DNA of 17,696 nucleotides, taken from the NCBI GenBank assembly GCA_016794505.1, contig JAEUJZ010000183.1, forward strand, positions 1-17,696. Reading direction: 5' to 3'. The translations under genes were made by a program, and so were the position numbers. Shown here one piece after another: positions 15,912 through 17,696 of the stretch (positions are counted from its first letter, which is position 1; each line of letters starts with the position of its first letter). The notes beneath the pieces are model-generated. The model did no database searches, was not told the DNA's origin, and saw nothing but the letters and a program-made list of their open reading frames with translations. This DNA comes from Myxococcales bacterium (GTDB taxonomy: Bacteria > Myxococcota_A > Polyangia > Palsa-1104 > JAEUJZ01).

Positions 15912-17390
15912 TTAGAACGCGACGCGCACTTCCAGGCGACCGTAGTGGGTGGCAAATGCGCCGCTGTCCAGCTTCCAGCGCGGCGAATACCCGATGCGCA
16001 CCGAAGCGGTGGGCACCTTGGTCGGGAAGGGATAGACCACGAGCCCAACGGATGGCGCGATGCGATCGAGATCGGGTGATCCGCCGAGGCGGATGCCGTC
16101 GATCATGATCTGCGGCTCTAGATACTTGAAGCGATAGCTGAGCAAGCCATAGCCGCCGAGCTTGAGCAGCGTCTCGCCTTCGGTCTCTTGCAGCGTCGCT
16201 GCGAACTCACCGCGGACGCTGAACTTGCCGACGCGGACGCCGAAGTGACCATCGACGATATAGATGCGGTGCTTGTCACGGATGGTGTACACGCCCTCGT
16301 ATCCCGACACGCCGAAGATCCAGCCGGGGTGCGGTTCCAGCTGAAACTGCAGGCCGATGGCCTTTTGCCCGTCGATGTTATCGAGGTAGTTGTTGCGCAT
16401 CTCGTCCAGCCTGCCGCCTGTAATTGAGGCGGTTGGGTCCGAGACCTTTTGCTCTAGGCCGTTTACGACATACAGCGCATACGAAAAGCCGCGTCCTTCG
16501 GCCCAGCGATGGCTTCCGTGGAACTGCACGCCAAGCTCGCTCCATTCGCCGGGCAGGACCGTGCCATGGAACATGGCTGGCACCACCCAGGGATACAAAT
16601 ATTGCGGCTCGGGATAGACATTGATGCCGCCCATCGGGACATAGAAACGACCGGCGCGAGCAATGATGTAGTCGCGATAGATGCGCAGGTCGATCTGCGC
16701 AAAATCAGACGAGATCTCTTCGTCCGTTTCAAAGAAGAACTGTCCCTCGACAAAGACGCGATCGAAGAGCTCGGCGCCAAAGAACAGGCTTAGCTCGCCG
16801 GCAAAGCCGTGCAGCGTGGGCGCGGGAGGCGTCTCGGGAAGCTCTTCGGGTTCGGCATTCGACATCAGCGTGAACTGGCTGATGGCGATGCCGTGCAGAT
16901 ACGCCGCGAAGCCGTACTTCGGCAGCAGCCGCTTGAAGCTGCCCAGCCCGGAAAAGACATTGCCGCGGTCGATCAGCCGGGCCAGCGGCAGTCCGGCAAG
17001 CTCGGGCAGCGTCGGTTCTTTGAACGCGGGCTCGGCGGCGCTGTTCAGCCGCTGCTGGCGGTCTCGTTCCAGCTCTTGTTCTTGCTCGGGCGTAAGCGGC
17101 ACGACCGGGGGCGTGGGCGGCTCGCCTGTCGCCTCGGCAGGCTGGCTGGACGGCGCCGCTGCGCCTTTGTCCGGGCCTTTGTTCGTGCCTTTGTCCGCAC
17201 CCGATGGCACAGGGGACGCAGCCGATCCGGTCGACACGATGGCGGGTGCCGCCGCTGCTTGAGCGGGCGGGACCGGCGTCGTAGCGGGACCTGGGCCTGG
17301 CTTCGGCGGATTCGTCGACTGGGCCAGCGCCGGGCGCTCTGCGACCAGTGTGCAGATGCAAATACAGAACCAGAGCAGCGATGCACGCAT
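15912..17390 (-). CDS. Outer-membrane beta-barrel protein (porin-like) with signal peptide and Pro-rich N-terminal linker
   Basis: 492 aa. MRASLLWFCICICTLVAERPALA is a signal peptide. It is followed by a Pro/Ala-rich linker (PPKPGPGPATTPVPP...PPTPPVVPLTPEQEQELERDRQQRL). The remaining ~350 aa alternate hydrophobic and polar residues with many Gly and Tyr, and end in the aromatic beta-barrel C-terminal signature ...GRLEVRVAF. Confidence 0.65.
   Translation of the reverse strand: MRASLLWFCICICTLVAERPALAQSTNPPKPGPGPATTPVPPAQAAAAPAIVSTGSAASPVPSGADKGTNKGPDKGAAAPSSQPAEATGEPPTPPVVPLTPEQEQELERDRQQRLNSAAEPAFKEPTLPELAGLPLARLIDRGNVFSGLGSFKRLLPKYGFAAYLHGIAISQFTLMSNAEPEELPETPPAPTLHGFAGELSLFFGAELFDRVFVEGQFFFETDEEISSDFAQIDLRIYRDYIIARAGRFYVPMGGINVYPEPQYLYPWVVPAMFHGTVLPGEWSELGVQFHGSHRWAEGRGFSYALYVVNGLEQKVSDPTASITGGRLDEMRNNYLDNIDGQKAIGLQFQLEPHPGWIFGVSGYEGVYTIRDKHRIYIVDGHFGVRVGKFSVRGEFAATLQETEGETLLKLGGYGLLSYRFKYLEPQIMIDGIRLGGSPDLDRIAPSVGLVVYPFPTKVPTASVRIGYSPRWKLDSGAFATHYGRLEVRVAF
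17163..17198. repeat. 3 x 12-nt imperfect tandem repeat inside the OMP linker region
   Basis: gcctttgtccgg / gcctttgttcgt / gcctttgtccgc on the plus strand, encoding ADKG-TNKG-PDKG on the minus strand. Confidence 0.6.
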
Positions 17391-17474
17391 AGAGATTTTC
17401 CTCGACAGGCACTCTTCGAGCGAGCCGTCCTGGGCAGGCAGCCGAAGCTGGGATCACGCCCCCCAGCGGAATCG

Positions 17475-17508
17475 CAGAAAAATGCAGTCTGACTATCTCA
17501 GCTCAGAC
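17475..17508 (-). terminator. Putative intrinsic terminator (minus strand) downstream of the partial edge ORF and upstream of the OMP gene
   Basis: Minus strand reads GTCTGA-GCTGAGATAG-TCAGAC followed by TGCATTTTTCTG. That is a 6-bp stem (plus 17487-17492 / 17503-17508) followed by a U-tract (plus A-run 17477-17483). Confidence 0.35.
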
Positions 17509-17584
17509 GGGGGCGAAACAATACGGGCGAGCGCGCAGAGATCCGCAGTGAGTTGCCCGATCGTCGCATCTGAATGCCTCTTGT

Positions 17585-17696
17585 CTATGTGGAGTTCGGA
17601 ATGGGGCGGCGTTTGGCCTTGGGGAGGCGGGTGGAGCCGTAGCCGGTGCGAAGGGCGTTGGCAATTCGCATCTCCACTTCAGGAGTCAGCTCAAAC
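17585..17696 (-). CDS. Possible C-terminal 36 codons of a gene that starts beyond the window end
   Basis: The open minus-strand frame from the window edge reads FELTPEVEMRIANALRTGYGSTRLPKAKRRPIPNST, with TAG at 17585-17587. GC3 is ~70%, consistent with coding, and the putative terminator follows 77 nt downstream. No homology is recognised. Confidence 0.25.
   Translation of the reverse strand, partial: FELTPEVEMRIANALRTGYGSTRLPKAKRRPIPNST

Noticed and set aside
15890-16048. N-terminal extension of the YfiR-like ORF
   Set aside because: It overlaps the 3' end of the OMP gene and is Arg/Pro/Cys-rich. The internal ATG at 15889 is followed immediately by a canonical signal peptide.
16729-17492. 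242-aa minus-strand and 227-aa plus-strand ORFs overlapping the OMP gene
   Set aside because: Both are alternative-frame artefacts with Arg/Ala-rich composition. The 492-aa frame has a signal peptide, beta-barrel periodicity and a C-terminal aromatic residue.
1-17696. Looked for CRISPR arrays, IS elements, integrases, tRNA/rRNA genes and phage or defence-system genes
   Set aside because: I saw no regularly spaced direct repeats, no terminal inverted repeats flanking a transposase-like ORF, and no recombinase, nuclease or helicase-like ORFs. Apart from one 176-bp gap, coding density is continuous and the genes are housekeeping or envelope functions. tRNA/rRNA cannot be strictly excluded without a covariance-model scan, but no intergenic gap is long enough for an rRNA, and none of the short gaps shows cloverleaf-like symmetry by eye.

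Overview
This is a high-GC window (about 65-70% GC, with a strong G/C third-position codon bias) from a bacterial chromosome. The gene content suggests Myxococcota or a similar deltaproteobacterium, but that is an inference. The window is densely coding. I can support 13 protein-coding genes plus one possible partial gene at the 3' edge. I see no rRNA or tRNA, no CRISPR array, and no transposase or integrase.

The gene order is as follows. Bases 1..2019 (-) carry the N-terminal ~673 aa of a bacterial MAJOR VAULT PROTEIN (MVP) homolog, with the C-terminus running off the window. It is read divergently from a THUMP-domain RlmL-like rRNA m2G methyltransferase at 2297..3559 (+). Next on the minus strand comes a tightly linked pair: a processive CslA/CslC-like GT2 glycosyltransferase (6150..7706) and class-A PBP1C (3588..6137). 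Two tandem MlaE/YrbE-family ABC permeases follow (8685..9479 and 7882..8685, joined by an ATGA start/stop overlap), with no ATPase or MCE gene nearby. pdxH lies at 9520..10161 (-). A plus-strand trio then runs through a secreted Shewanella-like PPP metallophosphatase (10295..11350), uppP (11382..12227) and an M20 peptidase (12295..13755). Finally there is a minus-strand three-gene module: an outer-membrane beta-barrel (15912..17390), a YfiR/DUF4154-like periplasmic protein (15317..15889) and a methyl-accepting chemotaxis protein (13771..15306).

The most interesting items are the vault-protein homolog, which carries a ~150-aa Pro-rich low-complexity insert, and the OMP-YfiR-like-MCP module. 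The latter resembles a YfiBNR-type periplasmic signalling circuit rewired onto a chemoreceptor. The GT2-PbpC pairing without an alpha-2-macroglobulin gene and the orphan MlaE pair are also worth a second look. Every functional call rests on my own translation and recalled family motifs. I ran no database searches.
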